Assembly (NCBI GenBank): GCA_038063315.1
Contig: JBBTVI010000008.1
Location: 1 to 62,159, forward strand
DNA length: 62,159 nucleotides
From: Patescibacteria group bacterium
GTDB lineage: Bacteria; Patescibacteriota; Minisyncoccia; Sungbacterales; HO2-52-23
Direction: 5' to 3'
Part shown: piece by piece, positions 25,746 through 34,148 of the stretch
How the letters are laid out: the number at the start of each line of letters is the position of its first letter
Numbering within the stretch: the first letter of the stretch is position 1
Position numbers and translations under genes: made by a program
Notes under the pieces: generated by a model
What the model saw: only the letters and a program-made list of their open reading frames with translations
The model's database searches: none
Told to the model about the DNA's origin: nothing

Positions 25746-26201
25746 CTAGTTTTTAATTGTTGCTAAAAGGACTAATGCAAAAAGATTTAAAATAACCATT
25801 CTCGCGACCAAATGATTTCTTTGAGTATCTAGAAAATCTATATAGTCTCCGAAACCATGCCTATGGCTATCGTAGTGCGGTTTCGCTCCGCCTTCGGTAA
25901 CTCCTCGCCCCTTAAAACTCTCACTTAAATATTTTTCTCCCAATACAAGATATTGTTTCGCGGTGATAATTTTCCCCTCAACCTGTTTAACTTTAAACCA
26001 GTAAAAAAGAATTAAAGCTACTATAAACACTACTTTAAAACCGATAGGTGAAAATAAGAACACAAGAAGCCCAATAAGTATAAAAACTATCTCCTCAAGA
26101 TCTATCAAACTAGCACGAACAGAAAAATCCTTATTCCAATCTTCTTTGTACTTGATTACTTTTTCAATGGAATATTCTTTGTATTGATCTTGTTGCTCCA
26201 T
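25746..26201 (-). CDS. membrane protein, 151 aa, three predicted TM helices
   Basis: IVFILIGLLVFLFSPIGFKVVFIVALILFYWF and C-terminal MVILNLFALVLLATI; very AT-rich. Confidence 0.55.
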   Translation of the reverse strand: MEQQDQYKEYSIEKVIKYKEDWNKDFSVRASLIDLEEIVFILIGLLVFLFSPIGFKVVFIVALILFYWFKVKQVEGKIITAKQYLVLGEKYLSESFKGRGVTEGGAKPHYDSHRHGFGDYIDFLDTQRNHLVARMVILNLFALVLLATIKN

Positions 26202-26238
26202 AAAATACTCTTCGGAGTCCGAACTTATCTTAGGCTAA

Positions 26239-26311
26239 CTGCCGGGCTAGGGCTCGAACCTAGAGTTTCCTGCTCCAAAGGCAGGCGTGTTGCCAATTAC
26301 ACTACCCGGCA
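26239..26311 (-). tRNA. tRNA-Gln (anticodon UUG), copy A
   Basis: hand fold: TGCCGGG/CCCGGCA acceptor (U1-A72), GTGT-AATTGGCA-ACAC, CCTGC-CTTTGGA-GCAGG, CTAGG-TTCGAGC-CCTAG, discriminator G; identical to 31743-31815. Confidence 0.85.
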
Positions 26312-26321
26312 ATAATGCGCT

Positions 26322-26661
26322 TTACGCGGATAATTTTTCTTGCGGCGATTGTTCGGACTGATCCGCCAGGATTTCCAAAATCGTTATCTCAAGAGGGAGT
26401 TGGGGAATGGGAGAGGCGCGGAAGCGCTGGAGGTTGTCGGTGATCGTAAGCACCGCGCGGGTAAGGATGGGTTCGTCCAAATGAGGGAGATTTTTTGCGA
26501 TGCAGTCGCGCTCCGCAGGCAGCATATCCTCCGCAAACCGCGGAGCCGCTGCGGCATCGAGGTGCAGAAGGAGTGCGTGGCGGAAATAGCGGAGGAGCAG
26601 GCGGAGAAGCGCTGTGGTGTCGCTACCCGCGTCGGCAAGTTCCTGAACAAGCGCGAGCGCT
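26322..26661 (-). pseudogene. dnaX: dnaX 3' fragment (last about 113 codons, no 5' part)
   Basis: translates to ALALVQELADAGSDTTALL...MLPAERDCIAKNLPHLDEPILTRAVL...QEKLSA, matching the C-terminus of 31826..32947; upstream in-frame stop 5 codons beyond the repeat edge. Confidence 0.8.
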
Positions 26662-26723
26662 GGGGTATTTTTGTTCTATCGTTCCGTTATCGGGTGATCC
26701 AACGCTTCTTATTTTTGCGTGGG

Positions 26724-28847
26724 TTAGGATGCAATCGGAAGCGTAAAATGAAACGTTGTCCCCTGGCCTTCTTTCGATTCAAACCAAATTGTTCCGCCGT
26801 GCGCTTTCACAATATTGTTTGCAATAAACAAGCCAAGACCCGATCCATTCGGTTCGATCTTTATCGCATTTTTTCCTCGAAAGAATTTCGTGAAAATGCG
26901 TTCTTGCTGGTTTTCGGGTATGCCGATGCCGGTATCGTGCACCGAAACGGTTATCTGCTCTTGCGCCTGAATTGCCCGGATTTTAGTCGTGCCTTTCGAC
27001 GTATAGCGCATCGCATTGTCGAGTAAATTCTTCAGAACCATCTCGATGGCTTCCGTGTCGATGAGAACGTCCGGCAACGTTTCCTTCGGCGCTTCAAAGA
27101 ACAATCGTCTTTGGCCCTTGTGGTGTCCGCCCTCCGAGAGGTTTTTTACTACCGATGCAATAAGATTGGTTATACTTGTCTTTACCGGCTTGTATACGTA
27201 TCGGCCCTCTTCAAGCCGTGCTACGTCAAGTAGATTGCTGACCAACGACACCATTTTTTCAATAGAGCTGAACGCGGTTTTTATCATGCGCGCCTGTTCG
27301 GAATTCAGGGCTCCCGCTTCTCCGGAATCAAGAATATGTATGCTCCATTTCAACGCGGTCAATGGAGTGCGGAGTTGATGCGCCGCAATGGAAACAAATT
27401 CTATTTTTGAGCGCTCAAGGTGTTTTTCTCGCGTAATATCATGCAGTATGATCATCAGGCGTTTTTGCTCCTGGCCAAATTCAACGGGTACCGCAGTAAT
27501 TTCCACGGTCATGTCGTCGCGCATGGGGAATTCCTTTCGGAATACGGCTTCCGGGTTGGTTCCGAGCAGTCGAACGAGGTTCCCAAATAACGGCAGGGAT
27601 GTGAGCGTTGCAATCTCTTTTCCGGCAATGTTGCGTTCTTCAATGCCAAAGATTTTTACGACTTGCGGATTTATCAGTTCTATTTTCCCCCGTTGATCAA
27701 ATACCAATAATCCGTCGCCAATGGCATGAATAATACTCTCGGGAAGTTTACGCGCTTCAACCAAACCGTCGGTCATGGCATTAAAGTTTTCGGCCAATTT
27801 CCCGATTTCGTCTTTAGACGAAACTTGAGCGCGGCGAGTAAGTTCTCCCCTTGCAATAACGCCCGCGGTTTGAGTCAATAAGGCGACCGGTCGTATCACG
27901 TTGCGATTGATGATGATAAAAATTGCCAATGCGGCCAAGATACTCAGGATGACCGATACGAGCGCAAGATCCCGTGCTTCTCTGAGTGCCGGCGTAAAAG
28001 CAATATCCGTGGGCGTTTCTATGACGAGTCTCCATCCGTCCCCTTTATAGTTCAGGTATCCGAGTTGTCGCGTATGAGAGGCCAAAATTGAAACACTTGT
28101 TTTTGACGAAGGGAATATGCCGGACGTCTCACGCTCTTTTAATGCACTCTGGACAACCGGATCAAGCCGGTCGTCCCGCAATAAATCATTCCTGTTTTCG
28201 TCGGCATCCGAAGATCCGATCAGAAATCCTTCGGCGTTGTACAGGCGGGCTTTTTCAACGAGTTCCTCGAGAATTTCGGACACCACCGCCCAGCTGAAAT
28301 TTCCAATAACCACCCCCACAACGGGACGACCAAGTTCTCGACTTCGCACCGGCGCAGCAAACAAAATCGTGGGTTTGCCCGTTTCGTCGGCCATGACGAG
28401 ATCGGAGTAGTACACTTTTCTTTGTAGCGCCTGTTCAATGACCGTGTTTCTCTGCAGATACTCTGAGACGAATTTCCCGATCTCCTCTTTTTTAGTAGAG
28501 ACGACTACGACGCCGCTCGTATTCACCGCGTATAAAAGATCCCAGGGGCCGGTAAGGATGGTATTCTCATGAAATTCGCGCGCCAAATTTTCGTTGACGA
28601 CGGATTCTCCCTTCATAAAAAAGGACTCCAAGCTGTCATTCGCCGCAATAGTTGAGATGTCGAGATACCGCTCGTACAACAAGCGGTCAATTTTATCCAT
28701 GGTTTGGCGGGTGACTTCCAGCTGGTTATCTCCAATGGCCGTTTCGAGGCCTGATTTAGCGGTGGTAAACACAAAAAATCCTATGGCCCCGGCGGTAAGG
28801 ATCGCGGTAACAAAAATGCTTAACGAGATCTTCTGCGTTAGCATCAT
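26724..28847 (-). CDS. sensor histidine kinase (extracytoplasmic Cache-like domain, HAMP, PAS, HisKA, HATPase_c)
   Basis: two TM helices flanking about 270 aa; HAMP KDEIGKLAENFNAMTDGL; H-box AAHQLRTPLTAL; LLDNAMRYT, DTGIGI, GSGLGL. Confidence 0.85.
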   Translation of the reverse strand: MMLTQKISLSIFVTAILTAGAIGFFVFTTAKSGLETAIGDNQLEVTRQTMDKIDRLLYERYLDISTIAANDSLESFFMKGESVVNENLAREFHENTILTGPWDLLYAVNTSGVVVVSTKKEEIGKFVSEYLQRNTVIEQALQRKVYYSDLVMADETGKPTILFAAPVRSRELGRPVVGVVIGNFSWAVVSEILEELVEKARLYNAEGFLIGSSDADENRNDLLRDDRLDPVVQSALKERETSGIFPSSKTSVSILASHTRQLGYLNYKGDGWRLVIETPTDIAFTPALREARDLALVSVILSILAALAIFIIINRNVIRPVALLTQTAGVIARGELTRRAQVSSKDEIGKLAENFNAMTDGLVEARKLPESIIHAIGDGLLVFDQRGKIELINPQVVKIFGIEERNIAGKEIATLTSLPLFGNLVRLLGTNPEAVFRKEFPMRDDMTVEITAVPVEFGQEQKRLMIILHDITREKHLERSKIEFVSIAAHQLRTPLTALKWSIHILDSGEAGALNSEQARMIKTAFSSIEKMVSLVSNLLDVARLEEGRYVYKPVKTSITNLIASVVKNLSEGGHHKGQRRLFFEAPKETLPDVLIDTEAIEMVLKNLLDNAMRYTSKGTTKIRAIQAQEQITVSVHDTGIGIPENQQERIFTKFFRGKNAIKIEPNGSGLGLFIANNIVKAHGGTIWFESKEGQGTTFHFTLPIAS

Positions 28848-28860
28848 GAATGTTGGATTG

Positions 28861-29886
28861 TCATTTCAAAAATTTTCGTGTAAATACCTTGTTGACGTCA
28901 AACTCGGTTTCGAGCAATCCGTTTGAGCGCATGGCCTCGTATAACGTTTGCCACCGAACAAACTGTATGTTTCCGAGTTTCTCCGGGCCGGAGGGTTGAA
29001 TCAAGGGAATGCTTTTCTCCAGGATAAATTTTTCAAGCTCCCGATCCTTATACGTTTCGTTTGTCACATACCGCATGGTAATGTCGACCGCTTCGTCGGG
29101 GTAGGCGATCGCGTGTCTCCAGCCTTTGAGCGTCGCCTCTACAAACCTCAGTACGACATTCGGGTCCTCGTCAATGAGACGCTGCGTCGTTGCCAAGAGA
29201 TCTCCGTTCATTGCAAAGCCAAAATTTTCAGGGAAAATGAGGTTGTACTTCAGACCGCGCTTGTCGAATAAATATACCTGGTCGGTGCGGTAAAGATTGA
29301 TTACGTCGGCGCGCTTGGCGACGACATCGTCTACCTCGGGGCCGGTTTCAAATCCAATGGGCTTTATCGTGACTTCGCTTTTATCGATCCCGAAGGTTTT
29401 GAGCAGCGCGGGGTAAATAATTTTTCCGTCATCCGTGTCTCCTTTAATGCCCAGCACCTTGCCCCGGAAATCCGCGGGAGTTTTGATGCCGCTTTCTTGC
29501 AGGGTAAGCATGGCCCACGAAGCGTCCTGATAGATCACCGCGAGCGCCCGGAAATCGAGTCCCCTGTCGACCGCTTTTAACAATTCAATGGGATTTAACA
29601 TGGCAAAATCGTCTTTTCGTTCGGCAAAATCCTTTTCCTGATTTCCCGCAAAATCCCACTCGCGAATCGTAACGTCCAAACCGGCATCCCGGTAAAACCC
29701 CTTGTCTTTGGCAACATACAGCCCGGCAAATTGCGTTTGGCCAAGCCATTTTAAGCTGATGCTTACTTTCTTGAGTTCTGTGGGTACGCGCTGATCTCCC
29801 CTTCCCGTATTGTTTTGCCGCCATACCAATAGCATCCCTCCAACCACCAGGACGAGAAAAACCCCGATAAGAATTTTTTTGTTCAT
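28861..29886 (-). CDS. NMT1/THI5-like (NitT/TauT-type) periplasmic substrate-binding protein
   Basis: signal anchor; SLKWLGQTQFAGLYVAKDKGFYRDAGLDVTI. Confidence 0.8.
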   Translation of the reverse strand: MNKKILIGVFLVLVVGGMLLVWRQNNTGRGDQRVPTELKKVSISLKWLGQTQFAGLYVAKDKGFYRDAGLDVTIREWDFAGNQEKDFAERKDDFAMLNPIELLKAVDRGLDFRALAVIYQDASWAMLTLQESGIKTPADFRGKVLGIKGDTDDGKIIYPALLKTFGIDKSEVTIKPIGFETGPEVDDVVAKRADVINLYRTDQVYLFDKRGLKYNLIFPENFGFAMNGDLLATTQRLIDEDPNVVLRFVEATLKGWRHAIAYPDEAVDITMRYVTNETYKDRELEKFILEKSIPLIQPSGPEKLGNIQFVRWQTLYEAMRSNGLLETEFDVNKVFTRKFLK

Positions 29887-29934
29887 ATGCGTTATTGCTC
29901 TTACGAATAAACCGTCGACTTTTTTAGATGATCA

Positions 29935-30933
29935 CTACCGCAAAAATTCCGTAGTGTATGTGGCGCTGATGTCCTTATCTTTGGAAATGACCCCGTACTG
30001 ACGCAATAGGGCGTAGGTGCGGTTCCATTTCGAAAAGTTAATCTGACCGATTTTCGTTGCCGAGGAGCGTTTCACCAATACCGCCGTCTCTTCGAGCATG
30101 TCCTGCTGAATTTCTCGCGTTGAATCCTCTACGTATTGCATGGTTATGTCCACCGCTTCTTCCTGATTGGCTACTGCCCATTCCCAGCCCTTTAAGGTTG
30201 CTTGCACAAATGCGCGTACCAGCTCATGCTTTTCATCAATCGTCCTCTGCCTCGCGATGAGCACATCCGCATAAATATCCACGCCGAATTCTTCAGGTTT
30301 TATGAGGTTGACCGCGTATCCCATTCGTTCTGCCGCCTTGGGTTCATTCGTTCTGAAGCCTGGCCATACGTCAACTGCTTTTTCAAGTAAGGGAGTAATT
30401 TCAGAAGTGTCGGCCGGCACTTCAATAATGTTCTTTTGATCAATGCCTAAGTTACGAAGCATCGCAATATATGTGTAGTAGGTCCCGGTGCCCTTTCGTA
30501 CACCGACCCTTTTACCGATAAAGTCCTGAGGCGTCTCGATGCCGGATGATTTGAGTGCAAAGTAGACGACCGGATTTTCTTGATAAATTGCTGCGATCGC
30601 CTTAATCGGTTTTCCTTCCGAAACGGCAACCAGTAGATCATCGGCTCCGGCGACGCCAAATTCCGCTTGTCCGCCGAGGACGTTGGCGATAGGGGGTCGA
30701 TCCGGTCCGCCGCGTTCAATGTGTACATCCAAACCCGCAGCTTTATAGAAGCCCTTTTCTTTCGCCGCATAAATTCCGGCAAACTGCGCCTGATGCTTCC
30801 ACTTTAATTGAACGGTGACCTTTTTTGGCTCGCGTGCATAGTGAGCGCGTTGCCGTTGCAACGTAAAGGAAATAATGAATGCGAGTATGGCCGAACATCC
30901 TATGATGAGTACCCAAAGAGTTTTTTTATGCAT
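29935..30933 (-). CDS. NMT1/THI5-like substrate-binding protein (paralog)
   Basis: QLKWKHQAQFAGIYAAKEKGFYKAAGLDVHI. Confidence 0.8.
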   Translation of the reverse strand: MHKKTLWVLIIGCSAILAFIISFTLQRQRAHYAREPKKVTVQLKWKHQAQFAGIYAAKEKGFYKAAGLDVHIERGGPDRPPIANVLGGQAEFGVAGADDLLVAVSEGKPIKAIAAIYQENPVVYFALKSSGIETPQDFIGKRVGVRKGTGTYYTYIAMLRNLGIDQKNIIEVPADTSEITPLLEKAVDVWPGFRTNEPKAAERMGYAVNLIKPEEFGVDIYADVLIARQRTIDEKHELVRAFVQATLKGWEWAVANQEEAVDITMQYVEDSTREIQQDMLEETAVLVKRSSATKIGQINFSKWNRTYALLRQYGVISKDKDISATYTTEFLR

Positions 30934-30954
30934 AGTATATTGACGATAGTTTTA

Positions 30955-31707
30955 TTATACCACACGCGTTTGTTTGGCGAGAGTAAATACCGCTTTTCCC
31001 AGTGCGAAGCAATCACGGTAGATATACCCCTGGGGTATGGCTATACCAACGGGAGCAAAGCATTTTTCATCTTGTATGTTCAGGCGGCTCGTTTCAAAAG
31101 CGGCCTTGAACTGTGGCATCGTTTGAACCGCGTTTTCGGTAGACATGAGTTCGTCTCCGAATCCAAGCTGTAGAGGAACAATTTCATTCTTGAGCTTTTC
31201 GAACGCATTCGAGTTTTCTTCCCGTAAATAAACGATATTCGTCGCGATATAGAAACTTCCGCCGAATCTCAAAATTCGAGCGACCTCGTGCACGATGTGA
31301 CGTAACTCGTTCTCTCGAAAATACATGATGCTGAAGCTGGAAAGCGCCAGATCGAATGATTCGTCCGGAAAAGGCAAGTCCCTCATATCTCCTTTATGGA
31401 TGGATAGGCGCCGTGACCTTGTGCGTCGCTCTTCTGCTTTTGCGAGCTTAATCATATCGCTGCTTGAATCAAGGCCCACAACATTTCGAGCTCCGCGCGC
31501 GTAAAGATTTTTGCTCCATCGCGCATCTCCGCAGCCGATTTCAATCGCATCTTTTCCTTTCAAGCATTTGGGCAGTATCATTCGGAGGTATTCCAACACT
31601 TCGGCGTCAATCCCTCCGGTTGCATCCTTCTTACCGCGTTTGGCTCGTTTATAGTATTGAGCAATTTTATCGCTCGCGTAAAGGCCCGCGAGGTGTTTGT
31701 TTTTCAT
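30955..31707 (-). CDS. class I SAM-dependent methyltransferase
   Basis: motif I AIEIGCGDARW, VVGLDSSSDMI, post-I/II acidic residues. Confidence 0.8.
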   Translation of the reverse strand: MKNKHLAGLYASDKIAQYYKRAKRGKKDATGGIDAEVLEYLRMILPKCLKGKDAIEIGCGDARWSKNLYARGARNVVGLDSSSDMIKLAKAEERRTRSRRLSIHKGDMRDLPFPDESFDLALSSFSIMYFRENELRHIVHEVARILRFGGSFYIATNIVYLREENSNAFEKLKNEIVPLQLGFGDELMSTENAVQTMPQFKAAFETSRLNIQDEKCFAPVGIAIPQGYIYRDCFALGKAVFTLAKQTRVV

Positions 31708-31742
31708 AGCATTAACTCCTCTCGGTAGGGGTCACAGTTTTT

Positions 31743-31815
31743 CTGCCGGGCTAGGGCTCGAACCTAGAGTTTCCTGCTCCAAAGGCAGGCGTGTTGCCAA
31801 TTACACTACCCGGCA
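31743..31815 (-). tRNA. tRNA-Gln (anticodon UUG), copy B
   Basis: identical to copy A. Confidence 0.85.
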
Positions 31816-32165
31816 ATAATGCGCTTTACGCGGATAATTTTTCTTGCGGCGATTGTTCGGACTGATCCGCCAGGATTTCCAGGATCGTTATCTCAAGTGG
31901 AAGCTGGGGAATGGGAGAGGCGCGGAAGCGCTGGAGATTGTCGGTGATCGTGAGCACCGCGCGGGTGAGGATGGGCTCGTCTAAATGCGGGAGATTTTTT
32001 GCGATGCAGTCGCGCTCCGCGGGCAGCATATCCTCCGCAAACCGCGGAGCAGCGGCGGCGTCCAGACGCAGAAGGAGCGCGTGGCGGAAATAGCGGAGGA
32101 GCAGGCGGAGAAGCGCTACGGTGTCGCTACCCGCGTCGGCAAGTTCCTGAACAAGCGCGAGCGCT
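31743..32165. repeat. 423-bp direct repeat, copy B (tRNA-Gln + 3' end of intact dnaX)
   Basis: see 26239-26661. Confidence 0.9.
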
Positions 32166-32947
32166 CCGGCCGGGTTTTTCTCTGCAATGAGGGAAAACAA
32201 TTTTTGCGCGGCCTCGCTTTTGGGAAGGCCGAGGATATCCTCCACTTCCGTTGAGGTTATTTTTTTGTCTTCCGCGGCCATGATTTGCCCGAGAATGCTT
32301 TCCGCGTCGCGGAGGGACCCCTCTCCGGCGCGCGCGATCAGATGCGCGGCCTCGGGCGCGAGCGCAACTTTTTCTTTTTTCGCGATTGCGCCGAGGCGGG
32401 AGGCGACCGCGGAAATCGGCGGTCGGCGGAACGTATAATGCTGGGTGCGCGAGACGATTGTCGCGGGCATTTTTTCAATCTCGGTTGTGGCGAGGATGAA
32501 GACCACATGCGTCGGGGGCTCTTCCAGCGTTTTGAGGAGCGCATTGAAGGCCTCTTTGGTCAGCATGTGGCATTCGTCCACGATATATGTTTTGAAGGAG
32601 CCGCCTGGGGGAGCGAAGCGCGCGGATTCGCGGAGCGCCCGGATTTCGTCAATGCCGCGGTTGGAGGCCGCGTCAATCTCGATCACGTTGAGAGCGCGAT
32701 TGCCGTTGAACTCTGCGCACGAGGCGCAGGAATTGCAGGGTCTCACTGCACCAGTACAGTTGAGCGATTTTGCGATGAGGCGAGCAATCGTGGTCTTGCC
32801 TACGCCGCGTGGCCCCGCGAAAAGATACGCGTGCGCGACGCGGTTCGTCTTGATGGCGTTGGTGATTGGCCGGACGATATGGTCCTGCCCGACGATATCG
32901 TCAAATGCCATCGGGCGATATTTCCGGTAAAGGACGAGATGGTTCAT
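31826..32947 (-). CDS. dnaX: DNA polymerase III subunit gamma/tau
   Basis: Walker A GPRGVGKTT, Zn module CNSCASCAEF, YIVDECHMLT, SRTQ. Confidence 0.9.
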   Translation of the reverse strand: MNHLVLYRKYRPMAFDDIVGQDHIVRPITNAIKTNRVAHAYLFAGPRGVGKTTIARLIAKSLNCTGAVRPCNSCASCAEFNGNRALNVIEIDAASNRGIDEIRALRESARFAPPGGSFKTYIVDECHMLTKEAFNALLKTLEEPPTHVVFILATTEIEKMPATIVSRTQHYTFRRPPISAVASRLGAIAKKEKVALAPEAAHLIARAGEGSLRDAESILGQIMAAEDKKITSTEVEDILGLPKSEAAQKLFSLIAEKNPAGALALVQELADAGSDTVALLRLLLRYFRHALLLRLDAAAAPRFAEDMLPAERDCIAKNLPHLDEPILTRAVLTITDNLQRFRASPIPQLPLEITILEILADQSEQSPQEKLSA

Positions 32948-32993
32948 AATGGGATATTCCGCTTCCTCTCGATGAGAATAACACGAAAAAGCG

Positions 32994-33030
32994 CGAAAAA
33001 AAAGCCCGTCCGGCGCTGGGTCGGACGGGC
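32994..33030 (-). terminator. intrinsic terminator after gap
   Basis: minus strand: GCCCGTCCG-9 nt-CGGACGGGC followed by TTTTTTTT. Confidence 0.65.
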
Positions 33031-33047
33031 TTTATCGGTCGCTTCCG

Positions 33048-34061
33048 TCAATTTAAGAATTGTGCCACTCGCCTGACATGCTCTATGAGCGTGGCGGTGT
33101 ATCCCGCTTCGTTGTCGTACCAGGAGAAAACAGTCGCGAGATTGCCGATGGTATCGGTGAGTGTCAGGTCAATGATTGCGCCATGGGGCTCGCCCACGAT
33201 ATCGGAGGAGACGATCGGGTCTTCACAGATTTTGACGATTGGCGCCCAGCGCGGCTCCGCGGCTTTTTGGCGGAAAAAATTATTGATGTCCCCGGTTGAG
33301 GCCGGACGCGCGAGCACGGCCGTCGTGATGCTGAGCGATCCGGTGAGCACGGGAACACGGAGAGCGGTCCCCGTAAATTTTCCCTCCAGTTCCGGCAGCG
33401 CTTTTGTGACGGATTCCGCAGCTCCGGTGGAGGTGGGGATGATATTGGCTGCGGCAGCCCTGCCGCGGCGCATGTCTTTTTCATCCGGCCCGTCCACTAG
33501 TTTTTGCGTCGCGGTGTAGCCGTGCACCGTTGTCATTGCGGCACGCTCAATTCCGAAACCCTCGTTGAGGAGCGCGAGCACCGGGACAACGGAGTTGGTG
33601 GTGCAGGAGGCGTTGGACGTGATGGGATGCGCGGATTGAAAGCGGTCGTCATTTGCGCCGACAAGCGCGGTTGTAACGCGTTCGCCTTTTGCGGGCGCCG
33701 TGATGACAACGCGTCGCGCTCCGGCATCAAGATGGGCCTGCGCTTTTTCGTCGCTTGCGAAAAAACCGGTTGATTCAATGACGATATCAATTCCACGGTC
33801 GCGCCACGGCAGGGCCGCGGGGTCTTTTTCGGAAAGAATTTCGACTTCTTTCCCGTCTATCACGAGGGAGCGTTCACGCGTCTCCACCTTTTTGTCGTAT
33901 CGGCCGTAGGCCGTATCGTATTTGAGGAGGTAGCAAAGATTCTCGGGGCTTGTCAGGTCGTTGACCGCGACAATATCGAAATCCGGATGACCGAACGCCG
34001 CCCGAAAAAAGGAGCGCCCGATGCGTCCGAACCCGTTGATGGCAATTTTGGGGATAGTCAT
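33048..34061 (-). CDS. gap: type I glyceraldehyde-3-phosphate dehydrogenase
   Basis: KIAINGFGRIGR, catalytic SNASCTTNS; start trimmed to MTIPKIAING (ORF-track extension crosses the AT-rich palindrome). Confidence 0.92.
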   Translation of the reverse strand: MTIPKIAINGFGRIGRSFFRAAFGHPDFDIVAVNDLTSPENLCYLLKYDTAYGRYDKKVETRERSLVIDGKEVEILSEKDPAALPWRDRGIDIVIESTGFFASDEKAQAHLDAGARRVVITAPAKGERVTTALVGANDDRFQSAHPITSNASCTTNSVVPVLALLNEGFGIERAAMTTVHGYTATQKLVDGPDEKDMRRGRAAAANIIPTSTGAAESVTKALPELEGKFTGTALRVPVLTGSLSITTAVLARPASTGDINNFFRQKAAEPRWAPIVKICEDPIVSSDIVGEPHGAIIDLTLTDTIGNLATVFSWYDNEAGYTATLIEHVRRVAQFLN

Positions 34062-34070
34062 TCCTGAGAA

Positions 34071-34146
34071 ATGAATTATGGGATATGTATTATGAATTAT
34101 GGAAAATTCCGAACCCATAATTCATAATTCAGGCTCCATACTTCAT
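34071..34146. repeat. AT-rich palindromic element, copy b
   Basis: ATGAATTATGGGATATGTATTATGAATTATGGAAAATTCCGAACCCATAATTCATAATTCAGGCTCCATACTTCAT; 9 nt upstream of gap start. Confidence 0.8.
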
Positions 34147-34148
34147 GC

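Larger units (their letters stand above)
26239..26661. repeat. 423-bp direct repeat, copy A (tRNA-Gln + dnaX 3' end)
   Basis: aligns without gaps to 31743-32165 (offset 5504) with 21 substitutions, all in the dnaX-derived part. Confidence 0.9.

Noticed and set aside
26340-27026. 228-aa plus-strand ORF, 26384..26650 minus-strand ORF, and their twins at 31985..32254 and 31999..32190
   Set aside because: They are antisense or off-frame readings of the dnaX 3' region. They appear twice only because that region is duplicated.
26662-31742. Cassette between the 423-bp repeats as a classical integrase-driven tRNA island
   Set aside because: No integrase or recombinase gene is present. The repeat is far longer than a typical att core and includes the whole tRNA plus upstream coding sequence, which fits homologous recombination better.
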